Assembly: GCA_038243585.1 (NCBI GenBank)
Contig: JBBSQY010000004.1
Span: 1 to 64,000, forward strand
DNA from: Candidatus Sumerlaeales bacterium
GTDB taxonomy: Bacteria; Sumerlaeota; Sumerlaeia; Sumerlaeales; Sumerlaeaceae
Direction of reading: 5' to 3'
Length of the DNA stretch: 64,000 nt
The notes beneath the pieces were generated by a model. The model searched no databases. It was given only the letters and a program-made list of their open reading frames with translations, and was not told where the DNA came from. The translations under genes and the position numbers were made by a program. Positions 16,908 to 26,553 of the stretch are shown piece by piece. Position 1 is the stretch's first letter; each line of letters opens with the position of its first letter.

Positions 16908-19418
16908 TTAGTATGCGGCCCACTGATCGACGTGGGCGGGTGGACGGGGTTGCGATCTCACTGCATCTGCGAGGACATAATTGTTACTGACCTGGGGATC
17001 AGCAATTTGATTAGTGAGCTCGACTCGCTCGGACGGCGATCCATTAAACTGGAAAATACCGAGTGGGAACCACTGCCCGCCGTTTTGACGCTGGTTCACG
17101 CGAACAAGAGTCGAACCGCCAGCATGAAAAACAGTAAACGGAGAATCTATGGCGCGGTTTGAGGCTGCTGGATACCAGACTGATACCATGTATTCGCCGG
17201 CCGCGCGCAGATTTAAAGTCCATGTTGCTTTTTTAAGTCCGCCGGTTCCAGCGGCATAGCGATAATTGCCGGCGTATTTATCTGCCTGGCTATCGGCGGT
17301 TGCCCAGGAGCCTGTGACGGCGAAGCGCGGATCGCTGTTGTCGACTATATAAGGATCATTGGGAACGCCGGTAACGTCGATCTGAACTGTAAGCGTTGAG
17401 AGCAGGCTGCCGGTGCTGCTAAAGCATCGTGCTTCCAAGGTTACAGGATTCGTGGTGGCGATGGCGTTATTAAAGAGCAGGTGATCGTTTACCTGGGTGG
17501 AGGTTTCGCCAGCGAGCTGGCCATTGATACGTACTTCGGCGCGGGTGCTTCCGAAGCTGTAAACCTTAACTGCAAATGGAACATTGTAGGTTACGCTTTT
17601 AAGGTCGTTAACCACGAGATCTCCATCTTTTGAGGGCAACGGGGCTGAGTCATACGCCTTCCAGTGGATGGGGCTGTTGGTGGAAATTTCTGTCTGCATC
17701 TGGCGAAGATGGGGCAACTCAAGCATCTCGATGTTTGTGTGAGAATCGCGGTTCATATGGGCGGCGGCTACGCCCGCGGCGCTGCCTACGGCCCACTCAA
17801 TGGGGTGCAGTCGATAGGTCGCATTAGTCCAGTAGGTGCCGGCAAAGCTTTTGCAACCAGAGAGCAGGTTGCGCACGTTGCTACTGGCGATGGCGCGGTA
17901 AGGGAGATAGAACGGCGCTGGTGTTGAGATGCCGTGGGAGACGCCGGTTGAGCCCGTTACCGCATGGGAGTCCATGGCGTAGTTGCCTATGCCTACGGAA
18001 TCGTAGAACCGGTATGAGGTGGCAGCGGCGGGGCCAGTCGTTGCCGGAAGGAGGTAGCTCTGGAGCAAACGGAAATTTTGGAGGCCGAGAATGCGGCGTC
18101 CGCCTCTAATATAGGGGAATTTTGCGAGGCCGTGAGGGGTGCCCATCATGTTTAGCGGGTCGTCGCCGCGCAGGTAATGAGTGTCCCAGCTTTGGGTGTT
18201 GCGTTCTTTCATGTAGAAGTAGAACGCCAGGGCAATTTTTTCCGCGCCTGCGAGTGCGGAAAGATCAAGTCCACCCGCCCAGTCGCTGGCTTGCAGGGTC
18301 GTTGCGGGTTTTGGCAGGTAGATGGATTTGTCCGGGTAATCATTGCCGGGATACCAATTCTGCATGGTGACGTCGCCGCGGAAAGCTTCGTCAAATTTGA
18401 ACGATGCGCCGGTGGTTTTCAGCCGGCGGTAGGTCCATATACGTTCCCACGAAAATTTACCGAAACTAAAATAGCCGGTTTTTCGGGTCTGGTATGCCGT
18501 CTCAAAATCAGGCCATGGAGATTTGAGAGCCGTTTCCGGATCAGAGGTGAGGGCATCTGTTATGCAGAACGGGAACACGGTGGCCTGGCTATAGTTTTCG
18601 TAATGCTCCGGAGGCTGACCAGAGGCAGACACGACTTCTGTGGTTTTTTCGCGGCCAACCACATAGTCTGCACCAGACAATACGATGGAATCGCCTGTCT
18701 CGGAAGCATCGACAACCACCATGCCGCGGGTAGAGTTGGTGGGTGTAACTGTGAAAACGTTTTTCGTAAACTGAGCAGAATCCTGGGCGTTGTACCAGTC
18801 TGGAAATTCCTCGGAAAGAAACTTCGTGAACGGCGCATAACCAGGCTTGGGGGTTCGCTGAACGAGAGTCAGGGACGTTATCTGACGGGCGGGCCCGTGG
18901 GCATCTGTTACGCTTTGTGCTTCAACATCTTTTACAACGGTCATTTTCATGACACGGATGTTCGGGTGCGCGGCAATCATCTGGTCGAGGGCCCACGCGC
19001 CGGTTCGCGGATCGTAGGTTTCGCGGCTTACCCATGAGGTTCCCTCTGGAGAAAGGCCCGTGCCCGGCGCAGTAGTTGTGGTGTCGCGCATCTTGTTAAG
19101 GAACTCAAGATAATCCGCCGCGTAGTAGTCGCTGCGGTTATTGTTCATGATGGCCTGGGCAGGCTGGTGATGGGAGTTGTCAATGGCAGACACGCCCTGT
19201 GAGGTGGCCTGACCGCCCAGCCAGTCCGTGGGTTCTATCAGTAAGATGGATGCGGCGGGATTGGCGCGAGCCGCTGCAAGGGCAGCGGCGGGGGCACCGA
19301 ACGAGCCACCGTTTATTATAATGTCTGCGTTTACAATAGTTTCAGCAGAAGCGACCGGTGCGCAGGTCAAAGCAAATCCGAGCCCGAGAGAGGCGCAGGT
19401 GAGGAAGCGAGATATCAT
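16908..19418 (-). CDS. Secreted FAD-dependent oxidoreductase with C-terminal golvesin/xanthan-lyase-like beta domain
   Basis: IIINGGSFG.AAALAAAR, WLGGQATSQGV, VVDASETGD, PYIRGGRRI, YRLHPIEW; tail VDN...GSW...VNQRQNGGQW..LG.F...ADAVR. Confidence 0.82.
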   Translation of the reverse strand: MISRFLTCASLGLGFALTCAPVASAETIVNADIIINGGSFGAPAAALAAARANPAASILLIEPTDWLGGQATSQGVSAIDNSHHQPAQAIMNNNRSDYYAADYLEFLNKMRDTTTTAPGTGLSPEGTSWVSRETYDPRTGAWALDQMIAAHPNIRVMKMTVVKDVEAQSVTDAHGPARQITSLTLVQRTPKPGYAPFTKFLSEEFPDWYNAQDSAQFTKNVFTVTPTNSTRGMVVVDASETGDSIVLSGADYVVGREKTTEVVSASGQPPEHYENYSQATVFPFCITDALTSDPETALKSPWPDFETAYQTRKTGYFSFGKFSWERIWTYRRLKTTGASFKFDEAFRGDVTMQNWYPGNDYPDKSIYLPKPATTLQASDWAGGLDLSALAGAEKIALAFYFYMKERNTQSWDTHYLRGDDPLNMMGTPHGLAKFPYIRGGRRILGLQNFRLLQSYLLPATTGPAAATSYRFYDSVGIGNYAMDSHAVTGSTGVSHGISTPAPFYLPYRAIASSNVRNLLSGCKSFAGTYWTNATYRLHPIEWAVGSAAGVAAAHMNRDSHTNIEMLELPHLRQMQTEISTNSPIHWKAYDSAPLPSKDGDLVVNDLKSVTYNVPFAVKVYSFGSTRAEVRINGQLAGETSTQVNDHLLFNNAIATTNPVTLEARCFSSTGSLLSTLTVQIDVTGVPNDPYIVDNSDPRFAVTGSWATADSQADKYAGNYRYAAGTGGLKKATWTLNLRAAGEYMVSVWYPAASNRAIDSPFTVFHAGGSTLVRVNQRQNGGQWFPLGIFQFNGSPSERVELTNQIADPQVSNNYVLADAVRSQPRPPAHVDQWAAY

Positions 19419-19460
19419 ACAGTATCCAATTAGAAAATTTAATGGTATTGCCCAGTCGAT

Positions 19461-20069
19461 TTAACCGTTAAATCTGACTAAATCACCTTTGCTAATCGTG
19501 CCGTTTGTGGCATCGTACGGAAAAATAGGTGAAAGAAATACCGGTGTCAATACGTCGAATAATTGATCAGGACCCGCGCTGAACATAAAAAAGAAGTTTG
19601 TGCGGGTCAGCCTGGTACCATCGGAATATTCGGGGAAACTCTTGAACACGCTACCCCATCGTGTACGCCCGGCATCATCTGGAATGCCATTGGTAAAGAG
19701 ATAATCTTTTCCCCATGCTGCTAAGTACCGATTTTCCGGAAGAGGATCAACTTTATTAAATGTATCGGGAAGGGCTGAATTGATATAGGTGATTGGGGTC
19801 GTTAAATATCTGAACATTTCAAGACGCGTAAGTGCCGGCGAAAACGCGCTCCGGTTTGTAACAGGTGTCTTATTATTATCAATACGATAAGTTTCAACTG
19901 CCGTATCGTAGACACGCAAGTCAGACACAACACGACTTATCTTGGCCCTGGTTTGCGCTTCCAGGAAGTTCGGTACTGCAATGGCTGCCAGTATCGCGAT
20001 GATGGCTACCACGATCAGCAATTCGATCAGGGTAAAAGCGGATGCGCGGGGAAGTCGGGTTCTAATCAT
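19461..20069 (-). CDS. Prepilin-type N-terminal cleavage/methylation domain protein
   Basis: AFTLIELLIVVAIIAILAAIAVPNF; C-terminal SAGPD and YDATNGTISKGD. Confidence 0.9.
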   Translation of the reverse strand: MIRTRLPRASAFTLIELLIVVAIIAILAAIAVPNFLEAQTRAKISRVVSDLRVYDTAVETYRIDNNKTPVTNRSAFSPALTRLEMFRYLTTPITYINSALPDTFNKVDPLPENRYLAAWGKDYLFTNGIPDDAGRTRWGSVFKSFPEYSDGTRLTRTNFFFMFSAGPDQLFDVLTPVFLSPIFPYDATNGTISKGDLVRFNG

Positions 20070-20279
20070 AAAGTCGCACCTATGGACAGAGGATAAAAAG
20101 AGGATGGTTGTTTCTTTGTATGTTATACCTCTTAAAGAAACAGATACAGCCTGCAGATATTTAGGGTTTGCGGTTGTAACGGTTCCCTTGCTCTTTTAAC
20201 TTATCCGCACTGCGCCTGAGCCGTTTTCGGACGTTGTATCGATAGGATATATGGGCTTCATATCTGATTGGTTTGGTGG

Positions 20280-21521
20280 TTAGCCTCTACTCTGCGCCCA
20301 GGCGACTGCTTTCTCAAAACCCTTTACTGTTTCATCCAGGTCCTGCCGGGTAAAGCCTTCGTTTATGGGGAGAATGAGGCAGTGGGCCAGCAGGTCCTCT
20401 GCTTGAGGGCACATGCCTTTTTCGTACTTATAGGCCTCATAAGGGTGCGATCCGCGCTCAAACGCGCTGTGATTCGTAAAAATTGGATACTCGTATACGC
20501 AGCGACCGATGTAATGGACTCCCACCGGGACCTTTTCCGCATTTAATGCTTCGCCAAACTGATCGGCTGAAACGCCCAGTTCTGCCGGGACTACCCGGAA
20601 CATGAAAAACCACCATGATGCCTCGCCGCCTGCCGTAATCTCTGGTAACTGAATGCCCGGAAGGCCCGACAGTCTCGTTTTTAATTCGTCGCACCACTGT
20701 TGTCGTCGCTGGATGATGGAATCCAGCTTGCGGAGTTGCGCTATGCCGACAGCTCCCTGGAGTTCTGTCATGCGATAGTTATTGCACAGGAAAGTCGGGT
20801 TCCGTTCGCCCCCATCCTGCACCCGGCTGTAGCCCTTGTCCGTCGCCAGGCGCATGCGCGTCGCGAGGTTCTCGTCGTCAGTGATAACGACTCCGCCGTC
20901 GCCGGCCGAAATGTGCTTAAAGTCATTGAGGCTGAAGCAGCCAATGTGTCCGATGTGCCCCGCCCACTGCCCGTTGTGCATACATCCATATGCCTGGGCG
21001 CAGTCCTCGATCAGCGTGATGCCGCGCTCGTCGCACAGCCCTCGCAAATCTGTCGGGTCCGCAGGGTTGCCCCAGAGATGCACCGCGATTACGGCTCGCG
21101 TTTTCTCGGTCAATACTGCCTGGACCGTTTCTACGGTCATTACGTGGCGGGTCGGATGCACATCTGCAAAAACCGGCACGGCTCCCTGCCACAGGATCGG
21201 GCCGACGCTGCCCATGTCCGTAATCGGCGACACAATAACTTCACCCCCCGGCGACACGCCTGCGGCTATCAGCGCAGTATGGATGCTGGCAGTCCCGCTG
21301 CTGGTCGCGACGGCGAATCGTGCGCCGTGCCGGGCGGCGAATTCCGCTTCCAGCGCCTTGACCTTTTCCCCGAAATGATAAAACAAAGTGCCCTGGTCGA
21401 GTGCCTCTTTCAGTTCCCGAAGCTCCTCGTCGCCAAACTTTGGCTGGCGAGTATATGGGACCGTTTTTGCGGGCTGGCCGCCATTGATGGCAGGCTGGTC
21501 TGTTGTCGTTGGCGTCGTCAT
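20280..21521 (-). CDS. DegT/DnrJ/EryC1/StrS PLP-dependent aminotransferase
   Basis: SSGTASIH, VHLWG, IEDCAQA, FSLNDFKHISAGDGG, NYRMTELQGA. Confidence 0.93.
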   Translation of the reverse strand: MTTPTTTDQPAINGGQPAKTVPYTRQPKFGDEELRELKEALDQGTLFYHFGEKVKALEAEFAARHGARFAVATSSGTASIHTALIAAGVSPGGEVIVSPITDMGSVGPILWQGAVPVFADVHPTRHVMTVETVQAVLTEKTRAVIAVHLWGNPADPTDLRGLCDERGITLIEDCAQAYGCMHNGQWAGHIGHIGCFSLNDFKHISAGDGGVVITDDENLATRMRLATDKGYSRVQDGGERNPTFLCNNYRMTELQGAVGIAQLRKLDSIIQRRQQWCDELKTRLSGLPGIQLPEITAGGEASWWFFMFRVVPAELGVSADQFGEALNAEKVPVGVHYIGRCVYEYPIFTNHSAFERGSHPYEAYKYEKGMCPQAEDLLAHCLILPINEGFTRQDLDETVKGFEKAVAWAQSRG

Positions 21522-21598
21522 TTAGAGATCCGTTTCTCGGTGGTGGTTGATGGTGGATTAGGAAGAAATAATTGGAGAAAACAGGCGGGACGCCTATT

Positions 21599-23362
21599 CT
21601 ACTTCATTGTGGAAACGGTTGCGGGGTCGCTGCTTAAATTCATGATTTCCGCGCTGGCCTCGAATCCCCAGCGGGCACCTGTCGAGCCGGGCGACGCAGG
21701 TCCTTTCATCCATAGGACAGCCGCGTTTTCCAAGGCTGATTCCGCAGAGATGTGGACATTGGCTGCGGCGCCATCTTTCCCTGATTTATACTCGCTCCAC
21801 TTCGCAGTGCGCCGCGCCCGCTCCCATGCGTTTATCGCCGCCGCCGTCCACCATTCCAGCCCCAGGCTTCGCCCTTTATCCGTCACCTCCACCAGCGCGA
21901 GGTTTGTGGCCGGCTTATGGGTGTGCGCGGGATGAAACAGAAGGTGGAGGATTCCGTGGTGCTTCATCACCGGTTTGATCAGGGCATCCGCGAAAACCTT
22001 CGGCACGAAAATCTCCAGATCCTGGGTAAAGGTCGGCAACTCCAGCACATTAATCAGGTTTCCCTGAAAATCCACCGGATAATAAGGGCGGCACGTTCCG
22101 AAATTAAAGCCGGCCTCGCCTGTCTTGCTGGCACCTTTGCTCTGATCCAGCTCGATCTGGTGTGCTTCACACCACCGCCATAGTTCTACGTCACCTTCCC
22201 AGCGAAGGTAATGGTTCTTATTCGTCACCGGCTGCCGTCCGTCAAAAAGATCAACCAGCCCCCGCCATTGCAACGAAAACTGATCCGCGCCCCAGTGCAG
22301 GCCGTCCGTCATGGCGTCATAATGCATGGCCAGTTCATGGCCCGCCTCATGGATTTTCAACATGAAAGGCTGCGGCAGCCCTGGCATGATGGTACACCAG
22401 GTCGCTTTCACGTTCTGGCGTTCCAGGGTGTCGAAAAGCAGCTCCGCCTGATCAGGATCGTTGCCATCCGTATCCAGCGAAATATGAGCGATGGCGGGCA
22501 GATTGTTCGGATAAAGCCACAGCACCGGTATGTCCACCCCCTGGCGGTGTGCGGAGTAAAAAATGGCCCGAAGCAACAGCTCGCGCCATTGGTCGGCGAT
22601 CGGCTGTAGAAATGCGTTAAGACCCGGCAATCCGGGCACAGGCTGACGATCCAGAAGCCAGTCCAGCGCCCCGCCGTCACCACTTTTTAAAACTTCGTCA
22701 CAGACAGGAGCAGTGCCGTCTGGCGCCGGAAAACCATCGCGGCTCACGGCGCCGCGACCCTGCTGAATTGCTACAACGGAGCCCGTAATATCTACCGCGA
22801 TGCAAATAGCGATGCCGTTTTCGTTAATCTTTTCAGACAGCACTGGCCGCTCAGTTTCCTGCCCGTGCGCGTTCAAGCTGTGGGCCAGCACCAACGCATC
22901 CGTTGCTCTCAGCGGAGCCCCGTTAAAATAGTGCAGCGGAATTTCGAGATGATTTAAAACCGGGTGATCAGAATTGTTAACTTTTAGATAACCCTCACCC
23001 AAAGTCCCCATGCCGCCGCCAAAAGAGGTAAACGCGGCAGCCTCCGCCTCTACGCCCAGCAAAGCACCGAGGCCGCATACCCCGGCAACGCTGATCCATG
23101 CCCCGCCGTCGTGCACCCATTGCGTCAACGCCGCCGCCGTATCATCGGTTAGTGACGCTTCACCCACAGTGACGAGTACTCCAATGTTGCCAAGTCGTTC
23201 TGGCAGCGTTTCCAGGGATTCGCGGGTGTAAAAAAGCCCGGCTGCGTCCAGAATTTCATAAATGTAATCCGGGTAGCTGACAGTCCGGGAACCGTTTTTG
23301 TTTGGTCGCGGAAGAACACACACGCCCACTGGAGATAGAATATCGTTGTGCGAGTTGTTCAT
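21599..23362 (-). CDS. Hypothetical protein: GATase-like N-terminal region plus polysaccharide-deacetylase-like domain
   Basis: WVHDGG.WI.V.G in the N-terminus; ISLDTD, GHELAMH, NHYLRW, GFNFGTCRPY, LFHP in the C-terminus. Confidence 0.65.
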   Translation of the reverse strand: MNNSHNDILSPVGVCVLPRPNKNGSRTVSYPDYIYEILDAAGLFYTRESLETLPERLGNIGVLVTVGEASLTDDTAAALTQWVHDGGAWISVAGVCGLGALLGVEAEAAAFTSFGGGMGTLGEGYLKVNNSDHPVLNHLEIPLHYFNGAPLRATDALVLAHSLNAHGQETERPVLSEKINENGIAICIAVDITGSVVAIQQGRGAVSRDGFPAPDGTAPVCDEVLKSGDGGALDWLLDRQPVPGLPGLNAFLQPIADQWRELLLRAIFYSAHRQGVDIPVLWLYPNNLPAIAHISLDTDGNDPDQAELLFDTLERQNVKATWCTIMPGLPQPFMLKIHEAGHELAMHYDAMTDGLHWGADQFSLQWRGLVDLFDGRQPVTNKNHYLRWEGDVELWRWCEAHQIELDQSKGASKTGEAGFNFGTCRPYYPVDFQGNLINVLELPTFTQDLEIFVPKVFADALIKPVMKHHGILHLLFHPAHTHKPATNLALVEVTDKGRSLGLEWWTAAAINAWERARRTAKWSEYKSGKDGAAANVHISAESALENAAVLWMKGPASPGSTGARWGFEASAEIMNLSSDPATVSTMK

Positions 23363-23431
23363 TATAACGGGTTCCTAAATGTATTAATTTACAAGCACAA
23401 AAAATCAAACTGAGTCGGGTAATCAACCTTA

Positions 23432-24490
23432 ATGTATACACCTGCAAACGAAAATGAGCTCGAAGAGCTTTTATCTGAACCGTATCCCGAAACCGTAGAG
23501 ATGATGCGCCGTCTCCAGGGAGATATCATAATCCTTGGCGTGGCAGGAAAGGTTGGCCCAAGCCTGGCGCGCATGGCCAAGAAGGCGTGTGAGAGGGCAG
23601 GAGTGCGGAAGCGGATCATTGGCGTGGCCCGGTTTAGCGATCCGAACCAGCAAACCGCGCTTGAGGCCGCCGGCATTGAAACTGTCGTGTGTGACCTGAG
23701 CGATGCTGAGCAGGTTTCGGCCCTGCCTAAGGCCGGTAACGTGCTTTTTCTGGCGGGGCGAAAGTTTGGCGAGGTTGGCAGCGAACCGCTGACCTGGATC
23801 ATGAATGTGATAGTACCGGCAAATGTGGCCGAGGCTTTTGCGGCGTCGCGCATCGTGGCTTTTTCTACCGGTTGCGTTTATGCGCTTGAACAGGCCGCCA
23901 GCGCCGGATCCCGAGAGACGGATCGTCCCAATCCCGTGGGAGAATATGCTAGCTCCTGCCTCGGGCGGGAACGCATATTTGAGCATTTCAGCGAGAAATG
24001 CGACACGGATGTATTACAGTTTCGGCTTAACTACGCCATTGATCTGCGATACGGAGTCCTTGCCGATATTGCCCGTCCTATCTGGGAAGGTCGGCCAGTT
24101 TCCAATGCGGTCCCGGCTTTCAACATTATCTGGCAGGGCGATTCCAACAATCGCGCTTTGCTCAGCCTGGAGCACACCGCCCGGCCGCCTGTGGCCCTGA
24201 ATGTGACAGGCCCGGAGAAGCTGTTAACAGAAGACATCGCGCGGCGTTTTGGCGAAATATTTGATAAACCGGTTACGTTCTCCGGGACCCCCGCAGATAA
24301 AATGTTTCTCAGCGACGCGTCCCGTTCCATTGAACTTTTTGGAGCGCCGCGCGTGTCTCCGGATGAGATGATTCAAATGACCGCTGAATGGATAATGCGG
24401 GGCGGGCGCGATCTGAACAAGCCTACACATTTTGCCGTTACGGACGGACAATATCTGGATGACCCTAACGCTGGAAAGGACAACGTATAA
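23432..24490 (+). CDS. NAD-dependent epimerase/dehydratase
   Basis: ILGVAGKVG, AGRKFG, FSTGCVY, RLNYAIDLRYGVL, N.IWQGD. Confidence 0.88.
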   Translation: MYTPANENELEELLSEPYPETVEMMRRLQGDIIILGVAGKVGPSLARMAKKACERAGVRKRIIGVARFSDPNQQTALEAAGIETVVCDLSDAEQVSALPKAGNVLFLAGRKFGEVGSEPLTWIMNVIVPANVAEAFAASRIVAFSTGCVYALEQAASAGSRETDRPNPVGEYASSCLGRERIFEHFSEKCDTDVLQFRLNYAIDLRYGVLADIARPIWEGRPVSNAVPAFNIIWQGDSNNRALLSLEHTARPPVALNVTGPEKLLTEDIARRFGEIFDKPVTFSGTPADKMFLSDASRSIELFGAPRVSPDEMIQMTAEWIMRGGRDLNKPTHFAVTDGQYLDDPNAGKDNV

Positions 24491-25567
24491 ATGGCTTTGC
24501 CTATGCCGTCACCGGAGATTCTTGAACTCGTTCGCAGGGGAGTGGTTATTCCTGCGACACCGCTGGCGCTGACGCCGGACCGAAAACTAGACGAACGCCG
24601 CCAGCGGGCGCTCTACCGGTATTATGTGGCGGCCGGCAGTGGCGGGGTCGCGGTCGCGGTCCACAGCACCCAGTTTGAAATCCGGGAGCCGCAGCACAAT
24701 CTTTTCCGCCCTGTGCTGGAAATCGGCGCGGAAGAACTCACGAATCAGAAGTTTACCGGTGGGCGCCCTATTGTTAAGATAGCCGGCATCTGCGGTGGGA
24801 CGGCGCAGGCGATCACCGAGGCGGAACTGGCAACGGAACTCGGCTATGACGCCGGACTTCTCAGTCTTGCCGCCTTGAAAGATTCCACCGAAGATCAGAT
24901 GATTGCCCACTGTCGGGAGATCAGTGCAGTCATTCCCATCATCGGCTTTTATCTGCAACCCGCAGTCGGCGGGCGAATTTTACCTTATAGTTTCTGGCGC
25001 AGATTCGCCGAAATTGAAAACGTTATCGCTATTAAAATGGCTCCGTTTAATCGATACCAGACCTTTGACGTCGTGCGCGCCGTCGCCGACGCTGGACGCG
25101 AAAATGACATTACCCTATACACCGGAAATGACGATAACATTATCGCTGATCTCCTGAGTCCGTACGTGATTCAAACGGATGCGGGGGAGAAGCGCCTCCG
25201 AATTCGCGGTGGCCTTCTCGGGCAGTTTTGCGTTTGGACCCGCAAGGCAGTGGAGCTGCTTGACGAGATTCACGCCCTGATAGAGGCGGGCGGTGACGTG
25301 CCCATGGCCATGCTTCAAAAGAACATTGAACTGACGGACGCCAATGCTGTGGTCTTTGATGCGGCCAACAAATTTGCCGGGTGCATCCCTGGAATCCATG
25401 AAATCCTCCGGCGTCAGGGTCTGCTGGGCAACATCCTGTGTCTTAATCCTCATGAGGTGCTGTCGCCCGGGCAGAGCGAAGAGCTCGATCGCATCCAGCG
25501 CTCCTATCCCTGGATGCAGGATGACGAATTTGTAAAAGCAAATCTGGAGACATGGCTTGGCGGCTGA
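24491..25567 (+). CDS. Dihydrodipicolinate synthase/N-acetylneuraminate lyase-like class I aldolase
   Basis: VIPA.PLAL, AVHSTQF, GFYLQPAVGG, AIKMAPFNRY, LYTGNDD. Confidence 0.88.
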   Translation: MALPMPSPEILELVRRGVVIPATPLALTPDRKLDERRQRALYRYYVAAGSGGVAVAVHSTQFEIREPQHNLFRPVLEIGAEELTNQKFTGGRPIVKIAGICGGTAQAITEAELATELGYDAGLLSLAALKDSTEDQMIAHCREISAVIPIIGFYLQPAVGGRILPYSFWRRFAEIENVIAIKMAPFNRYQTFDVVRAVADAGRENDITLYTGNDDNIIADLLSPYVIQTDAGEKRLRIRGGLLGQFCVWTRKAVELLDEIHALIEAGGDVPMAMLQKNIELTDANAVVFDAANKFAGCIPGIHEILRRQGLLGNILCLNPHEVLSPGQSEELDRIQRSYPWMQDDEFVKANLETWLGG

Positions 25568-25570
25568 CGT

Positions 25571-26398
25571 TCAATAGACAATCCCCAACAGATCGCTCCA
25601 GGTTATGTGAGACGGCATTCCGCGGTGGCGGCAGCCCAGATCACAAACACCGTTGTCGAATATCAACAGCGAACGTGTGGCCAGTTCTGGATGACTTTTC
25701 CAGGAGTTTGGGACGTCAAACATCATTGCGAGGTAGGGGGCGAGTCTATCCCCGCTGATGTTTACGGCGTGTCTCAGCAGGCGAGGCACCAGCTTGGCCG
25801 ATGGTGCAAAGTCTGCCTGGACAGTCGCGGCTTCCTCATGATCCATTAACAGCCAACGCCCACCGGTGCCCGAACACAGACAAATGCAAGAGACTGTGAC
25901 GTCGGAATTGTCTCCGCTCGATGTGTTAGAGATCGCAAAGGCCGGAGGAACCGTCGTGATTGTTTCAGACATGGTCACAATCCAGGGTAGTCGTGCGATC
26001 AGGATATGGTAATAATGTTGGGTCGTAAAAAGCGAAATGGGTACGGATGAGATTCCCTTCCTTAGCTTGTGGAGGCAATCTAATATATAATCCTGCTGAT
26101 GCACAGGCATCATCTCGTGGACAAGAAACGCCTTTTCACCGCGGATGCCCTGTTCTCGGGAGAATTCGAAATAGTAGCGCTGTGCCGACCGGAAACCGTC
26201 GCATACGCATATGGCGGAAGTTGTCTGAAACGCTAACCGCTGCAGAGCAAGCAACGGCTGAGGCTCTACCGGAGCGCTCATTATGGAACTTACTGCATGT
26301 TCGTGCAGGCGGCGAGAAGCAAAAGGAAATCCGGCACGACGATTATTGGTGGAAATAACACGGGAGTGTTGCTCAAGACGAGACGCAGGCTGTTTCAT
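25571..26398 (-). CDS. Hypothetical protein, apparent truncated and degenerate Cas3 derivative (RecA2-like plus C-terminal domain)
   Basis: Strong RBS (GGAGG) before the ATG. Cas3 similarity judged by eye: AICVCDGFRSAQRYY, FLVHEMM, LFTTQ, and a CTD-like RLLRHAVNIS...VPNSWKSHPEL...LLIFD...WSDLLGI. Confidence 0.55.
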   Translation of the reverse strand: MKQPASRLEQHSRVISTNNRRAGFPFASRRLHEHAVSSIMSAPVEPQPLLALQRLAFQTTSAICVCDGFRSAQRYYFEFSREQGIRGEKAFLVHEMMPVHQQDYILDCLHKLRKGISSVPISLFTTQHYYHILIARLPWIVTMSETITTVPPAFAISNTSSGDNSDVTVSCICLCSGTGGRWLLMDHEEAATVQADFAPSAKLVPRLLRHAVNISGDRLAPYLAMMFDVPNSWKSHPELATRSLLIFDNGVCDLGCRHRGMPSHITWSDLLGIVY

Positions 26399-26441
26399 TT
26401 TTTCTACCCTCCAGGCAGTTCTGCAATCATCTATCAGGAGG

Positions 26442-26462
26442 GTGTGACAGATGCGGTCACAC
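26442..26462. promoter_or_regulatory. Palindromic operator-like site
   Basis: GTGTGAC-N7-GTCACAC perfect inverted repeat, about 44 bp upstream of the 26398 start. Confidence 0.5.
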
Positions 26463-26553
26463 TTTCGACATGCGACAAAATATTCTATAATAACATAACA
26501 TGCAACTTACCTGGCCGGCTACGCAGGTGAACCACAGCTTTGACTAAGAGCCG

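Noticed and set aside
20700..21935. Long antisense ORFs (also 6670..7482, 30402..31673, 40947..42134, 55779..56498 and others)
   Set aside because: They lie opposite well-supported genes and have no recognisable motifs, as expected from GC-rich codon bias.
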